Of a DNA stretch of 36,725 nt, positions 1 to 13,100 are shown one piece after another. The stretch is from contig JBNGIO010006136.1 of NCBI GenBank assembly GCA_049999805.1, positions 134,929 to 171,653 of the forward strand, given 5' to 3'. How positions within the stretch are numbered: position 1 is the stretch's first letter; the number at the start of each line of letters is the position of its first letter. The translations under genes and the position numbers were made by a program. The notes below the pieces were generated by a model. That model saw nothing but the letters and a program-made list of their open reading frames with translations. It did not search any database and was not told where the DNA came from. The DNA is from Folioceros fuciformis (lineage: Eukaryota).

Positions 1-2193
1 ATTGCCTCCATAGAGCCATCGAGCTAGCCCCTGCCCGGCGCCTCCTCCTTCACCGGGACCTTCCGGCCTTCTTCCATCTAGGTCAAGAATCCTGTTTTCC
101 ATGCGAGGTCCTGGGATCTCCTTTTAAGTTTAATAATTTGATGTTCATAAAAGTTCAATTATAGATCTATAAAGATAAGGACATAAAACAATAAGATAAA
201 GATTAATTCAAAGCATAGAACAAAATAAAAAGCAGAAAACAAAAAAAAACAATCAAGTTTGAAATAGATTCACCATGAAGAACAAGAACAACATTAAGAT
301 GAAGATGAAGACTAAGATTAAGATTAAGACAGAAAACAATGAAACCCTCAAAAGAAGGAGAGAAAGAATAGCTCGAAAAGAAAAAGAAAAAAACCAAAAA
401 AGCTCTAAGAAGAAACATAATAGAAACAATGGAAAAAGAAGAAAAACACTTAGGTCAAACATATTAGAAAGAGAATAGACAATAAAGAACCCTAAGAAAA
501 AGAAGAAAACACACATAACAAGAGAAAAAAGGAACAATCCAAGAAACCAAACACACTCATGTGACACGCAAAATCAATAAAACACATTAAGGAAGAAAAG
601 AGAAAAGCAACCAAAGGAGAGAGAGAGAAAATACATTCAACAAAAACAAAAGGTGGAGAGGAGAGGGGACCAAAGAGAAAGAGAGGAAAAGTGAAAACGT
701 ACCTCAACATTCTCCTCCCTCCAAATCCCTTGAGCACACGCATAGTGGAAGAACATGAGTTGGATTTTATAAGGGCTACGACATTGCATAACTTGCATGA
801 TTTATCCCCGGGGAAGGCTTGAAAGAGATGCCAAACTATGGTCCTGAACCAAGGAGGGATGCATGCAACCAACCACAAGAGCTGAGCAAATTGCACTCTT
901 TGGCCTAGAGCGGGTGTTTTGACACTTACTCCTCTAGAGTTAATGGTGGAGTTATAGATGTTGTGGAAATTTTGGGAGTGGCCTAGGAGAAATTGCTTTA
1001 AACTCAAGTTCATGAGCTTGAGTTGAAGAAGCCTAGGGTCCTTGTCTTTGTGGAAGGGGCGACGGGATGCTCGTGTCCCTTGGTCCAAGCCAGGACACCA
1101 CAATCTAAGCAAGTTGCATGTCTAATGATGTCGGCACTGTGGTTCATCTACTTATCATCTACTTTCCAGAGACCTTTATCCCCCTTCACGTACGATTGCA
1201 TACTATCACAACAATACTTTTGTCTTTGTGCTCCTTTGTGTGCTAGAGGTGCCGGCCGATGGGCATTGCAACTGGGCGGGAAAATGTTTCTGCGTATGAA
1301 TACACGTTTCTCATCTTCTACTCTCGTTACAAAAACAAGGTGCTGGAGGGAAATAGCCTTATTCTTAATACACTGTTGTCATCTTTTGCGCTCATGGTGG
1401 ACACAAGGTGTTGGAGGGGGAACACCCTCATTCATAGAAAGGAAGATCTCAATGTCATGAGGACAACTTCTCGTTCTTTTGCCCCTCTTTGGATTACGGT
1501 AGATTGCACTAGGGCAAGTGGAGGACCACTCGTCCTATGTAATGTGATGCTTCAAATGTTGTTCAAAGTGACTTAATGCACGATTTATAGCCTAGTTTAG
1601 GCTCCAAGGTCACAAATTACTACAGAAAGAGTTAGTGGTGGGGCTTGTTGAAAACTATTGTCCTAGTGTTAGGGGTGGGGGTTGTTGTGAGGCCCTATCT
1701 TGTAATTCTTGCTCACTTGGACAATAGTTGTATGGGGGGAGAGAGTGAATAACAATCAAGGCTTTCTCGTTATGGTGCATTTGTGAGCATGTGTTGATTG
1801 TAGCTAAAACCTTAAATAATGGTCCCTTGAGATAAGTTTAAGTGGAAAGATTGCGGGTTTGATGGTTTTCTTCGGCTTAGGAAGGATGGTCAGTGGAATC
1901 ACACATGCCTACTAGTATGAGGAAGTAAGGGGTTTCTTTGATTGCTTTGGGTGCTAGTGAGACAGTTTTGAGGTTACACTTCTAGCTGGTCATATTTGGT
2001 GTGGAGGCTAGCAAGTAGCTTCTTTGTCTTAATCAAGGTAGACATAGAAATGAGGGCCAAGGATGCTCTTCTCTCCCTATATCTAAGCTACTAATTGATA
2101 TCTAGTTACCCACCTTAGGTTTGAGATTTGGTTATCCAACTTAGGTCCCAGTCTCTTGCCCCTCTAATCTCGTGAGTAGTTGACATCTTAGGA
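1..2193. mobile_element. Probable degenerate transposon-derived region (LTR-retrotransposon LTR/UTR-like), non-coding
   Basis: No recognisable protein or exon structure. It has an extremely A/G-skewed tract at about 170-720, lower GC than the genes, and ends at an assembly gap. No TE protein domain was seen, so the call is an inference. Confidence 0.35.
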
Positions 2194-2293
2194 NNNNNNN
2201 NNNNNNNNNNNNNNNNNNNNNNNNNNNNNNNNNNNNNNNNNNNNNNNNNNNNNNNNNNNNNNNNNNNNNNNNNNNNNNNNNNNNNNNNNNNNN
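2194..2293. other. Assembly gap (100 N)
   Basis: Run of exactly 100 N, a typical placeholder for a gap of unknown size. Confidence 0.99.
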
Positions 2294-2713
2294 GTATATA
2301 TCTTAATTTATCCTATTGTATGTAGGAGTATTTTAAGGCTAAGCCCAATAATCATTAATAAATCTTAAGCTTAAATTAGGAATAAATCATGTCTATCCGG
2401 GCAACTTACACCGAGAGATTACACAGGCGTTTCTTCGGAAACGGATGCTGCACGTCAGATCTTTTGCGTGTTTCTCATCTGGGCAAGTTCAAAGGCAACA
2501 CGTCAAGACGTCAAGACATGCACAGTCTCAAGTTCCATACTAATGTGCAGTCACAGGCCACAGCCCGGCGTAAAAAAGAGGCCCAGCCAGGAGAGCTTCG
2601 CATCTAGCAGCATGGCCATACTACCAACGTTTCACTGTACATTTTCATTGCCGCGATTGTCCTCAAAACACTGGAGGTAGGTCCCTACCCACTACAAGGG
2701 GCCCAGAGATAGT

Positions 2714-5558
2714 CTACTTGTTCAAGGACCAGTCATAGGGCAGATAAGCCAATTTGGTATCTGGAGAATCCAAGAGCGTCAAGAGCTGCTTTTCCTCCTC
2801 GGGATTCAAGTGCTGGGCAATCCACTTAAGCACTGACGCCTCGTTCTTTCCAAAATCAGTGTCAAACCTGCAAAGCGACAGGTAGCAATTCAGGTTGGAC
2901 ACTCAAACCATTAGGAGCAGCAAGGTATGGAGCGATGAACGAACCATTTGAAAATTTTGCTGATAGAAATTGACTTCGTTCCCGGATCAATTCTGACACC
3001 TCCTGCCAGAAACTCGTTTACTGCAGTCTTCAACTCTTCAAGAACTCCGTCGAAGGAGTAACATCTCAGAGCAGGACTTGATCGGGTTCCCTTCACAAGA
3101 GCCATATGGATCAAGGGTTCGGCTTCTGATAGAGCCACCTGCAAGATGCGGTCGGTACATGAACATGCATCTCTTACGAGGATAACCTGTTAGTGCAATA
3201 GTGGCACCCAAAAATTTACCTGGAGCCGAGGATCCTTTGAGCTGAACGGCTTTCTCAGACTGTATGGAGCCCTCCTATTTGCTCTGAGCAATCCGTTCTC
3301 TATGGCAGACAATGAGTATGTATGTCCACCAATCACGTATTGCACATCCAGGAAAAAACTTCTTCTGTCTAGGAGGAGTCCACCAGGGCTCCGTCTAAGT
3401 TCTGCAATTGCATGGATAACCAAAGCGTTGTAGATGTTCAAGAAGAAGGCCAATTTTTCCTGGCTGCTGAAGGTAACCAAGTCAACCCTTTGTAGCTCTT
3501 CTGTTTTCTTGACGAAGCTGTGACACACGGGCATGTCATGAACAACTGGTCAAAGCGACCACCACAAAAGGCGCCCGGGTAGAATGCCATCAATCAAGTC
3601 TGAGGAGCTGCATAGCCTACATTGATCCCAAAACGGAATATTCAGGACGCAAAAATCCTGCTAAAAGTGTAAGATTTCATTCAATTACCATTTGAACTCA
3701 TCGCCCTTGGCAATACCCTCATAGTCCACGTTCTTGCCATCCTCAGACACATACGCATCGTAAATAGCGAGAATGAGCCTTCGGAGATCATCTCCAACCT
3801 CTCTAGCAGGCCTGGGCTCCAGATCATTTGTGGCTCCACTGAAATTCAGGCACTTGCCCAAGACATTTGGGTTGTGCTCCAGGAACCGATAGAAATGATT
3901 TCCATCCTCAAAAACGTGTTCCCTGAATCACGGATATGGAAGGACACGAGTTGCTGAGTCAACAACATACCAGAGAAACAAGGTCTGCATTGCGAATGAG
4001 TTCCCGCTAGTCCAACTTACTCTAGTACGTGAGTGAAGAAGTGCTTGCTGGCAATGCCTCTGACTAACTCCACAGCCTGCAAACACCACCCTCGTCACGA
4101 AACCAAAACCGAATGACCAGTTTCACACAACTAGCTGCCAAGACGGAAGCTGCCACATAAGTACATGCAACAACCTGGGACCTTGAAAGGGTCCAGGCAC
4201 AATGCATAAGGGAATAATAGCTGGGGCCTCAACAAACATAGGCTGAGGAGACGTTGCAGATGAAGGTTCGGGCAGCTAACCATTTCCCTGGTGATATGTT
4301 GGTCCTCCATAACGATGTCAACAGCATCGGATCCAACAAAGCATTTATTGATGACTCGATACTTGAGAAAGCGGTCCTTCACCACCAGCTTTGCCCTCAG
4401 TTTCTTCACAAGTTCAATGTACTCGTCCAGTTTTCCACTTACAGCGTGCTCGCTATAGACGGGGGGGAGAGGAGTGGCCAGGTTAGCCTCGACCTCGAAA
4501 ACCTGTTCAATTTTCTCCTCCAGCTGTCCACTTGCTTCTAGTGCCAGAAGTTCGCTGACGCCCCCAATCACAACGTCATTGAAGAAGACCTGAGGAACCT
4601 CAAGAGTGCTAGCTTTTTCTTGGAGCTCAGACTTACGTTGCGGGAAAACATCCAGATTGATCTCCACGAACTTGATTCCCCACTTGGACAGCATACTCTT
4701 GGCTGTACGACACTCCCGAGATCCTGACACAGAGAAAACGGTGACTCTTCCCTTCATTTCCCGGCCCGAGTCCTGAGCCTCATCCTCAGCCTCAGTGTCC
4801 TCCTCGTTTTCAGACTTAGCAGACTCGGATTTGCTGGCCTCTTCAGGTATTCCAACTTCCTTGTCGGTCTGATCTGATCGATCTAAATCCTCCTTCTTCC
4901 CCGAAAGTCTTCTGATCACCTTGCTGACCACAGTCCTGCTGCCATCAACAACATTCGTGACCACATTCATGCTACCATCCACGACGTTGGTGACCACGTT
5001 CTTACCCCCGTCAACGACATTCTTGCCGCCGTCCCTGACGAAGTTTTTGAAAGCCGCTGCCTTCTCCGGCCACTCTTCTCCAAATGCTCCAGGTTTCTTG
5101 TCCGCAATTTCTGCCGAAGGGGAGCTCCCTTCTTCGATCTCGGCATCCTGGGCCGTTTTGTGTGGAGCCTCTGCATGCTTTTTGGATGCAAAAGTCCTCT
5201 CTATAAAATTAAGTGCCGTCTGCCCCTTGATAGCGAGATACGACCTCTTTGGTTCCTTGGACGCTGTCGACGAAGGATCGCTCTCCTCCGAGGGCGGTGC
5301 CTGAGCTTCACCTGGTTGCGGATCGGGTTGCAAGGCTTTGGTGCTCGCAGCGCCGCCATCCTCCGCACTCACACGCGACGCCACATCCTCCACCACCACC
5401 GTACTGTCAGTTAAGCCGACGTCCACCTGGCCAGCCAATCTACCGTCCTGAGAAGCCGAATCTTTGGAAAGCTGATCATCCGAAGGCACGGACACCAGAT
5501 TCCACTCTCCCGATGGCTGACTCTCTATAGGCTCCTTCAAGTCTCTGTCGTTGTCCAT
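2714..5558 (-). CDS. Class IV glutaredoxin-like protein (long acidic N-terminus, GRX, DEP, DUF547), about 6 coding exons
   Basis: GRX domain GRVTVFSVSGSRECRTAK...VPQVFFNDVVIGG; DEP domain VKDRFLKYRVINKCFVGSDAVD...HVFEDGNHFYRF; DUF547 EKLAFFLNIYNALVIHA...SLSAIENGLLR...EPLIHMALVKGTRSSP...LSKIFKWF-like...YLPYDWSLN. GT-AG exons at about 5558-4281, 4076-4021, 3922-3689, 3517-3220, 3138-2944 and 2867-2714. The start ATG at 5558 (MDNDRD) follows an acceptor at about 5598, implying a 5'UTR intron; the start choice is inferred. Confidence 0.9.
4930..5035 (-). repeat. Coding tandem repeat, 33-nt/11-aa unit (xNVVTNVVDGS)
   Basis: The translation reads KNVVDGG-KNVVTNVVDGS-MNVVTNVVDGS-RTVV. Confidence 0.85.
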
Positions 5559-6585
5559 GTGTTCCACAATGCGAGGAGAGGTACGACACCACGACACCTG
5601 CAGAAACCCGGTGTAGAATGAGGAAAACCGCAGCTCCGCACAATCGCACGCAACCGCACAGCCGGGACAAAAATTAAAATTCGGGAAGGCCCCCGAAGGA
5701 AAACAAAGTCGCAGACACACGGAGAGTCAAGTGCACTTGTCAGAGTCTCCTGAAGCATTGCAAGGATCACAACGTCGCTACACCGGATTGAAGACAAATG
5801 AAACAAGCGGAACAGATCTGCTATACTCGAGCCAGATCCGAACAGCGGAAGCTGAAAGCACTCGGTGATGGAGCCGCACCGAAAGGCGGCGCGGCAGCGA
5901 AAGAACAGGAGCATGATGCGGACTCACCAGCGCGTAGTAGCGGAGTCGAGGGAAGCGTCCTGGTTGCGTGCCCTGGGAACGCCAGTAACAAATATGAGTG
6001 AGAAAACGGAGGAGCAGCTAGGTGGATAGCCAGCAGGCGGGAAGCGGAGCAAAGCGATGCAGCTTGAACTTGAGCTGCTTTACTCGGAGTCACTAGACAT
6101 AAATGCCGCGGACGCCGGACTGCTGACTCCATGTATGTACAATTTGCGGCTAGTGCTCACAGCGTACTGTATCCGGATACGACTCATTTGCGACTGGCCG
6201 CCTCTTCGGCCCACCGTATGTGTACGTTTGTGTAAGTCGTTGTACAGGCACCATGTTTCTGGGACGTGTTGACGAGGACGCCTCCACGCAACCGATCCAA
6301 GACTGAATTCATCACATCACGCAGCTACTGCCCAAACTTGATAACCTATCCCACACACAGTCTACTAATTCCGTTCCGTTTGCAACGACGGAGCTATCGA
6401 AGCCTACTTCCATAACCTAGCTGAGTTGAGTGGTATCATAATCAAGGGCTTGACTTTGCTTTGGGTTCCCTTAACACACCATAGCCAAATCCTAGGATCA
6501 ATTTCAATCTATCTCAATTCACAGCTTATATGATGTATCTAGCTACTTATACTAGGAACATTCTTGTCTCAATGATTCGAGCATG

Positions 6586-6659
6586 AGTTACTTGATGGTT
6601 CTATAAATGCTTGAATATGAAGTTACTTGATAGTTCTATAAATGCTTGATTATGAAGTT
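6586..6659. repeat. 35-bp tandem duplication in an AT-rich intergenic island
   Basis: agttacttgatggttctataaatgcttgaatatga (6586-6620) and agttacttgatagttctataaatgcttgattatga (6621-6655), two mismatches. Confidence 0.9.
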
Positions 6660-7186
6660 GTGATAGATTTGTATTAACTAATCAATATTATCCTTGTCCA
6701 CCAAGTATGAGTAAATCATCAGCATCATCATCATACACCTAGAGATTAGGATAAACTAAGACTTAAAAATAGTCTATATAAAGACTAATCAAATGATCCT
6801 TTCTTTTCCTTCCTTTTGATGTAGAGGTGGATGTGGCGTAAACCAAAAGTGGTGGCCGCCAGTCTTAGAAGATTGGATATAGGCGTTTCTGATTTGGGAA
6901 AGGGGAAGACCTAGACGAGACGACCTGCTAACCTAGAGATTTTCTGGGTGCATAGATTCGAGAGGATATTTACAGGGCGTGTTGTAATGAGTTAGTTACA
7001 TGTGAACCGGATACCGATACAACCGGGGAATTGGCTAGGCAGGGTTTTGGGAGGTTTGAGAGCGCGCGGCGCCGTTCCGTCGACGTGAAGGTATGAAGTA
7101 TGAAACGCAACGTAGTCTTCTCTTCCAGCACTCCGGCCTAATGTTGGGTAGCCCAGTGCAGTGACCAGGGGCGGCAGTCGGCACCG

Positions 7187-10100
7187 ATGGATGTCCAGAC
7201 ATTGGCAACTGTTCTGCATCGTGCGCTGAGTACGAATCCTGAGGAGCGCAAGGCTGGCGAAGAGCAACTGAATCAGGTGGGTGGATTGCCTGCCAAGCCA
7301 CTCTTGTCCTTGTTGCTCCCCTGGCGATATGCCCGTCCTGCCGATCTCCCGACCTCCTGAATCTTGCCTCCAAGCTTGTATCGTCTTTGCCAGATTAAGC
7401 TCGCCCGTGCTCAAGACATTGTGCTGATAAGCTGCCTGCCCGCCTGCGCTCTGACTGAGGCGCATCACTAGAGCGTAGCACTGGGCATGAAGTGTTTTTA
7501 CGGTGCCTCACTCATTTTCAATGTTTTTGCGGTGTCCTGGCTGAGGCTTGTTCACACTCTGGCAGGTCCGGAACGGGATCTTTGTCGTTTGGATCCTTTC
7601 ACTGTAACTGTTGCATTGTTGCTATGCGCGGACCTGGGTCCTTGCAGCTTTGAGTCTAGAGTCGGTGCTTTGCATGGTCATGGCGTCAGATATTTTTATC
7701 TAAGTTGGACTACTTGCACCATCTCCAGCTGCCCCCTTCACGGTAGTTGGGACATAGCCACAGCAAGTTCGTCACTTTTAGTTGTTGTTCAGGTGTTGTC
7801 TTCTCTGGTGAAGAGCTGCCTTGGGACAAAATGCATGGGCAGCACTTTCTCCAACTGTCTTATTTTGTTTCAGGGCCTAGCGTTTGTTGCAAGACAATTC
7901 GTACTGCCTGATATGTTTGTTCATGTTCTAACGGCCACTTCGCTTCCTCAGTTTCAGCATGCGCCTGGACATGTTGTTGGGCTACTGCAAATAATCGTGA
8001 CGACAAATGTGGATCCTTCCATCCGACAAATCGCAAGCATTTACTTCAAGAATGTGGTTGGAAGAGATTGGACTCCACCTGATCCAGGTGAGAGCCTAAC
8101 TTTTCCGAGCGTTGCGTGCTGAATTCAAAGAGGTGTTGACCTTATGGGATTGGCCACGGAAATGGCAGGAAATCCTCAGAAGATCTCAGAAAATGATAAA
8201 CTCACTGTGAGACAGCATATTTTGGAGGCCATAATTCATGCTCCTCCTCTAATAAGGTGAAATCTTCGTATTGTTGTGTGAAGCATACGTTTTTCTCACG
8301 GAGCCTGCGTACAGAACAGTCTCTTTTGGGAAGTGCGTAATGTATCACGGACTATGTTGGTCTGGCGTCATAATTGCCAGCCAAGTTCGCCGTTTCACCC
8401 GTTGTGGTGGCATGTGCAGGGCACAACTTGGTGAATGCTTGAAAACGGTTATACATGCGGATTATCCAGAACAGTTACCTCATCTTCTCCCCACAATAGA
8501 TCAGAATCTGAAGTCAAATGAGCCGAAGAGGGTGTATGGTGCACTGTTCGCTTTGAGAATATTAACCAGAAAATACGAGTAAGTCCTGTAGCTGGTTGAG
8601 ACTCGCCGTGACCATCCCATAGATATTCATAATGTATCACTATGTGGCCAGGCAACAGTCCTGGAGTGCAAAGGGCTCAGGAAGACCGGCCTGCCTTACA
8701 TTACATCTTTGAGTTGGATCCGCATGCGCAGGTTCAAGGACGAGGTGGAGAGGACTCCCGTTCAGTTGATTATTGATGTGACCTTCCCAGTGCTGCTCGG
8801 TATCCTTCGCCAACTGGTGGATTTGCAGGACCCGTCTTTAGAGATTGCGGATCTGATCAAGCTGATCTGCAAAATATTCTGGTCCTCATCTTATGTAAGG
8901 GGGGAATTGTGAAGAGTCGTTTGAAACTTCAAAATGTGCCTTGTGGATGCATGGAAGATGCTTGAGCGTCTGTGGCTGAACTGCCTTCCTCTGTGAAGGC
9001 TTCACTGTTTTCGGTTTCTGATGATTCCCTTTCCCCCTGAAACGCCTCTGTTAACTTTTTCATTTCTCAATGTGTACTGTCTTGAAGCTTGAAATCCCCA
9101 AGCTGCTGCATGATCACCATACATTTGCCTCCTGGATGAGTTGCTACCATGATCTTCTCCAAAGGCCGGTGCCTGCTAAAGATCAGCCAATGGATCCTGA
9201 GCTACGAAAGGTGTGGGGCTGGTGGAAAGTTAAGAAATGGACGCTTCACATCATGAACCGCCTATACAGCAGGTGTGTTTGCTAATGCTCTGTACCCAAG
9301 TGTTAACGGTTTCATTACTTTGCGTCCAGTGCAGATCAGTAGATGGAGGTCAAATTTCTCCTTTTGGTGGGTTGGCCAGGTTTGGTGATCCTAAGATGTC
9401 AAAACCGGAGTCCAGAGCATTTGCCCAAATGTTTCAAGATCAGTTTGCTGGGATGTTCCTCAAATCGTACATGAACCTTCTAGGCGTCCTCCGGCATGGC
9501 GGTTACTTGCCGGATCGAGTCATCAATCTCGGTATTCAATATCTGATAACGAGGTACCTGGTATACTTCCTCACAATGCATTCGCATTCTGTTTAAATAA
9601 AATCAGCCTCTTCTAATTGACCAAGGACCAGACTGTTGCACCCTCTCCTTCTAGCATTGTGAAAAGAGCCTAGTTCATCGGTATGATAAGCATGCATTGT
9701 GGCATGGTTTGTATGTCTCTTGCTTGCAAATGGACCTGTATGAAGAGGTACATCACAAGGACTCCAATGATGTTGACAAATCTTATTTTCGTGTTGGTTA
9801 TTGATTGTTTTGCAGTGTTCTGCAGTCAGTGACGTATCGGTTATTGAAGCCAGAACTCAATGTCCTGCTTTTTGAGATTATTTTTCCTTTAATGTGCTTC
9901 AATGATGTGGACGAGCAGCTCTGGCATAATGATCCTCATGAGTATGTGCGAAAGGGCTATGGTGAGTTGAGTGGTTTATTGTGGACCCACTCTAGTTATC
10001 TGTTTGACTACTGCTTTGCAAACAGTCAACTGCCAAACGTTATTGAAAATCTAGACTGTAATATACTGAACGGATGTTCTTATTGAACTTCAGATATAAT

Positions 10101-13100
10101 TGAGGATATGTACAGCCCTCGGACTGCAGCCATGAATTTCATTTCAGAACTTGTTAGGAAGAGGAAGGAGAACCTGGAAATGTTTTTGTCTTTCATAGTA
10201 GAAGTCTTCAGAAGGTGACAAGCTTTATCTATCATTCTGCGTTAAGCTACTCTGTGAAAGTAGCTTAATACACACTGATTTTCTTTTTCTGTCTCATTTC
10301 TCTGGAAACTTCTATCTGGTAGCCGCTTGAAGCTTTAATCTGCTTGTAGGTACAACGAGGCTCCTGTTGGCCAAAAGCCGTACCGGCAGAAAGATGGTGC
10401 CCTATTGGCAGTTGGAGCATTGAGCGACAGATTGAAGAAGACTCAACCCTACAAATCTCAGCTAGAACACATGCTTGTGCAACATGTTTTCCCGGAATTT
10501 GGGAGCCCTGCTGGACATCTTAGAGCAAAAGTATGGAAAGTGCTTTGTGTTCTCCCATCTTGTGTGCGGATCCTTGGATCATTACCATGTGGGCTTATGT
10601 TGACATATTTTTGATGCAGGCAGCATGGGTCTCTGGTCAATATGCAGATATCCCGTTTGCTGAGCAGCACAGCTTTACCTCTGCCATGCATAGCGTCGTA
10701 TCAGCTCTGACAGATCCTGAGCTTCCAGTACGTGTTGACTCTGTTGTGGCACTCCGGTCATTTGTGGACGCTTGTAAAGGTAGTATTAACTTCTCATTCT
10801 CAGGGTTTTAGAGTGTCCATGTGACGTACTGTGCTGTTACGCGGGCTTGATGGGTTTGATTAATCTTATGCTGTGATTTTATCCAAGCTGGGAGCCCTGG
10901 AATTGTGGTACACATGACGCAATGTCTGTGCCGTCTGCCTACTACTGTTGATTAAGTCCGTGAACAGTGGAAGTGCTGAGTGGCTTCCGGTGGGAGCCTG
11001 AAAAGGTGATCGTTCTGTGTGCAGATCTCGATGTGATCCGTCCCATGCTACCTGGCCTTCTCGATGGTTAGTTTACTTTCTCGTTTATTTCATGCCTGGA
11101 TGCTACTGTAAACTGAGCTCATTTTTCATGCACATGGTTGATATCTGATCTGGCAGAATTTTTCAAGCTGATGAATGAGGTGGAGAATGAGGACCTAGTT
11201 TTTACTTTAGAGACTATTGTAGACAAGTTTGGTGAAGAGATGGCTCCTTATGCGCTTGGTCTTTGTCAAAACCTAGTGAGTTCTCTTCATCAAATGTCAC
11301 GCAACAACAGTTTCAGCTAGGAGTAACGGTATGCTGCTTGGACGAGCCTGCGGTTTTGGCTGATCTAAACGTATTGTGTACAGGCATCTGCCTTTTGGAA
11401 ATGTTTAGAGTCTGCTGAAACAGATGAAGATGAGGATGACTCCGGAGCTTTGGCTGCTGTTGGTTGTCTGAGGGCCATCGGCACAATTCTTGAATCTGTG
11501 TGCCGGCTGCCACAGTTGTTTCCACAGATGGAACCCACGTTATTCCCTATCATGCAGAGAATGCTCACCACGGAGGGCCAAGGTGCGCTTTTTGACTGAT
11601 TGCTTTGACGTCATCAAATTTCGCTTCCATGGTCTGGATTTTGCAGTGCCCCACTCTCTCGTATATGAGCTGATGGGTGAATTTCTGTTGTGCCTTTTCT
11701 GTGTGCAGATGTATTTGAAGAGGTTTTGGAAATTGTTTCTTATATGACGTACTTTTCACCTTCAATTAGCTTGAACATGTGGAGCTTGTGGCCACGTATG
11801 GTAGATGCGATGGGAGAGTGGGCTATAGATTATTTTGAGAGTAAGTCCCATACCTGCCGGCTTGTTATGTTGACGTTTTCAAAACATTGATTTTCTAATG
11901 ACCTGTTTGCAGATATCCTAGTCCCATTGGATAACTACATATCAAGGAGCACTGATCACTTTCTTTGCTGTAAGGATCCGGACTATCAACAAAGCCTTTT
12001 CAAAATGTTGTCATCGGTCAGTATTGTTTTTAAAGCTGATGAATCAGTTAGTATTCAGTATACGTGTTTGGTTACTTACCGTTCTTTTCTCATCTGCATC
12101 TATATGCAAGGAATTGCTTGGTATGGTGTTTTCATTGGTACGTTTTTCTGCCGCAGGTTCTGTCTGACGAAAAATATGAGGACAGTGACATCGAGCCAGC
12201 ACCAAAAGTGATCGAATCTATTTTTCAAAATTGTCGAGGACGAGTGGATGAGTGGGTGGAACCTTATCTGAGGATAACAGTTGAGAGGCTTAGGAGAACT
12301 GAGAAGAAGTATTTAAGGGATTTGCTGATGGAAGTGGTAAGACTCCTTGCTCATCAGCTGGGGCCCACATTTACTGCACTGCTGAAATTTCCACATTCAA
12401 CTAATTGCTTGAAGAAGAGGAGAGACGCTCAGGTCATATGTTAATGGCAGGTTGCGAATGCCCTGTATTACAACCCTTCGTTTTCACTTGGCATCCTCCA
12501 AAAGCTAGGAGTTACTGCGGAGATCTTCCAAGCGTGGTTTCAAATGCTGTATGATGTGAAGAAAAGCACAAAGCCAGTTCACTTTCGGAGGTGGATGTTG
12601 CACTCTTCTGTGATCCTTGTTTATTATTGTTTATCTATTTCTGCTGTCAGTGATGTAACTTGCTTATTTCTTTGTGAAGAGAACATGACAAGAAGGTCTG
12701 CATACTGGGGCTGGCTTCACTTCTTCAGCTGCCTCCGGAGGCCTTGCCACAAGAACTCCAGCTGGGACTGGATCAAGTCTTTAAAGCTCTGTTGAAGCTC
12801 CTTCTTGCTTATAAAGAGCAGTGCGCTGGTATGAGTTTCACTTGAATTTATTTGGTCCTCACCTTTGTCAAGTTCCTTACACAGCAGTTCCTTGTCTTTG
12901 GTTGGCTGCAGAAGCAGCTAAGGCAGAAGCAGACGCCCAGGCTGAGGAGGACGAGGGTCTTGATGGCTGGAAGTCAGGTGATGAAGACTGGGAGCGAGAC
13001 GAGCTTGTAGATGAGGACGATGAAAATGAAGAAGCTGACGAAAGGCTTAACAAGCTAGCAGGCAGAGTACAGGTGGGCAACAACAGATTTCAGCGTATTA

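Noticed and set aside
203..1576. ORFs rich in Phe/Leu or Lys/Arg, plus the 206-aa and 145-aa ORFs
   Set aside because: These are by-products of low-complexity strand skew, with no domain motifs or splice structure.
5559..5720. N-terminal extension of the 529-aa GRX ORF
   Set aside because: It has a non-ATG start and reads through a pyrimidine-rich acceptor at about 5598, so it is probably intron and 5'UTR.
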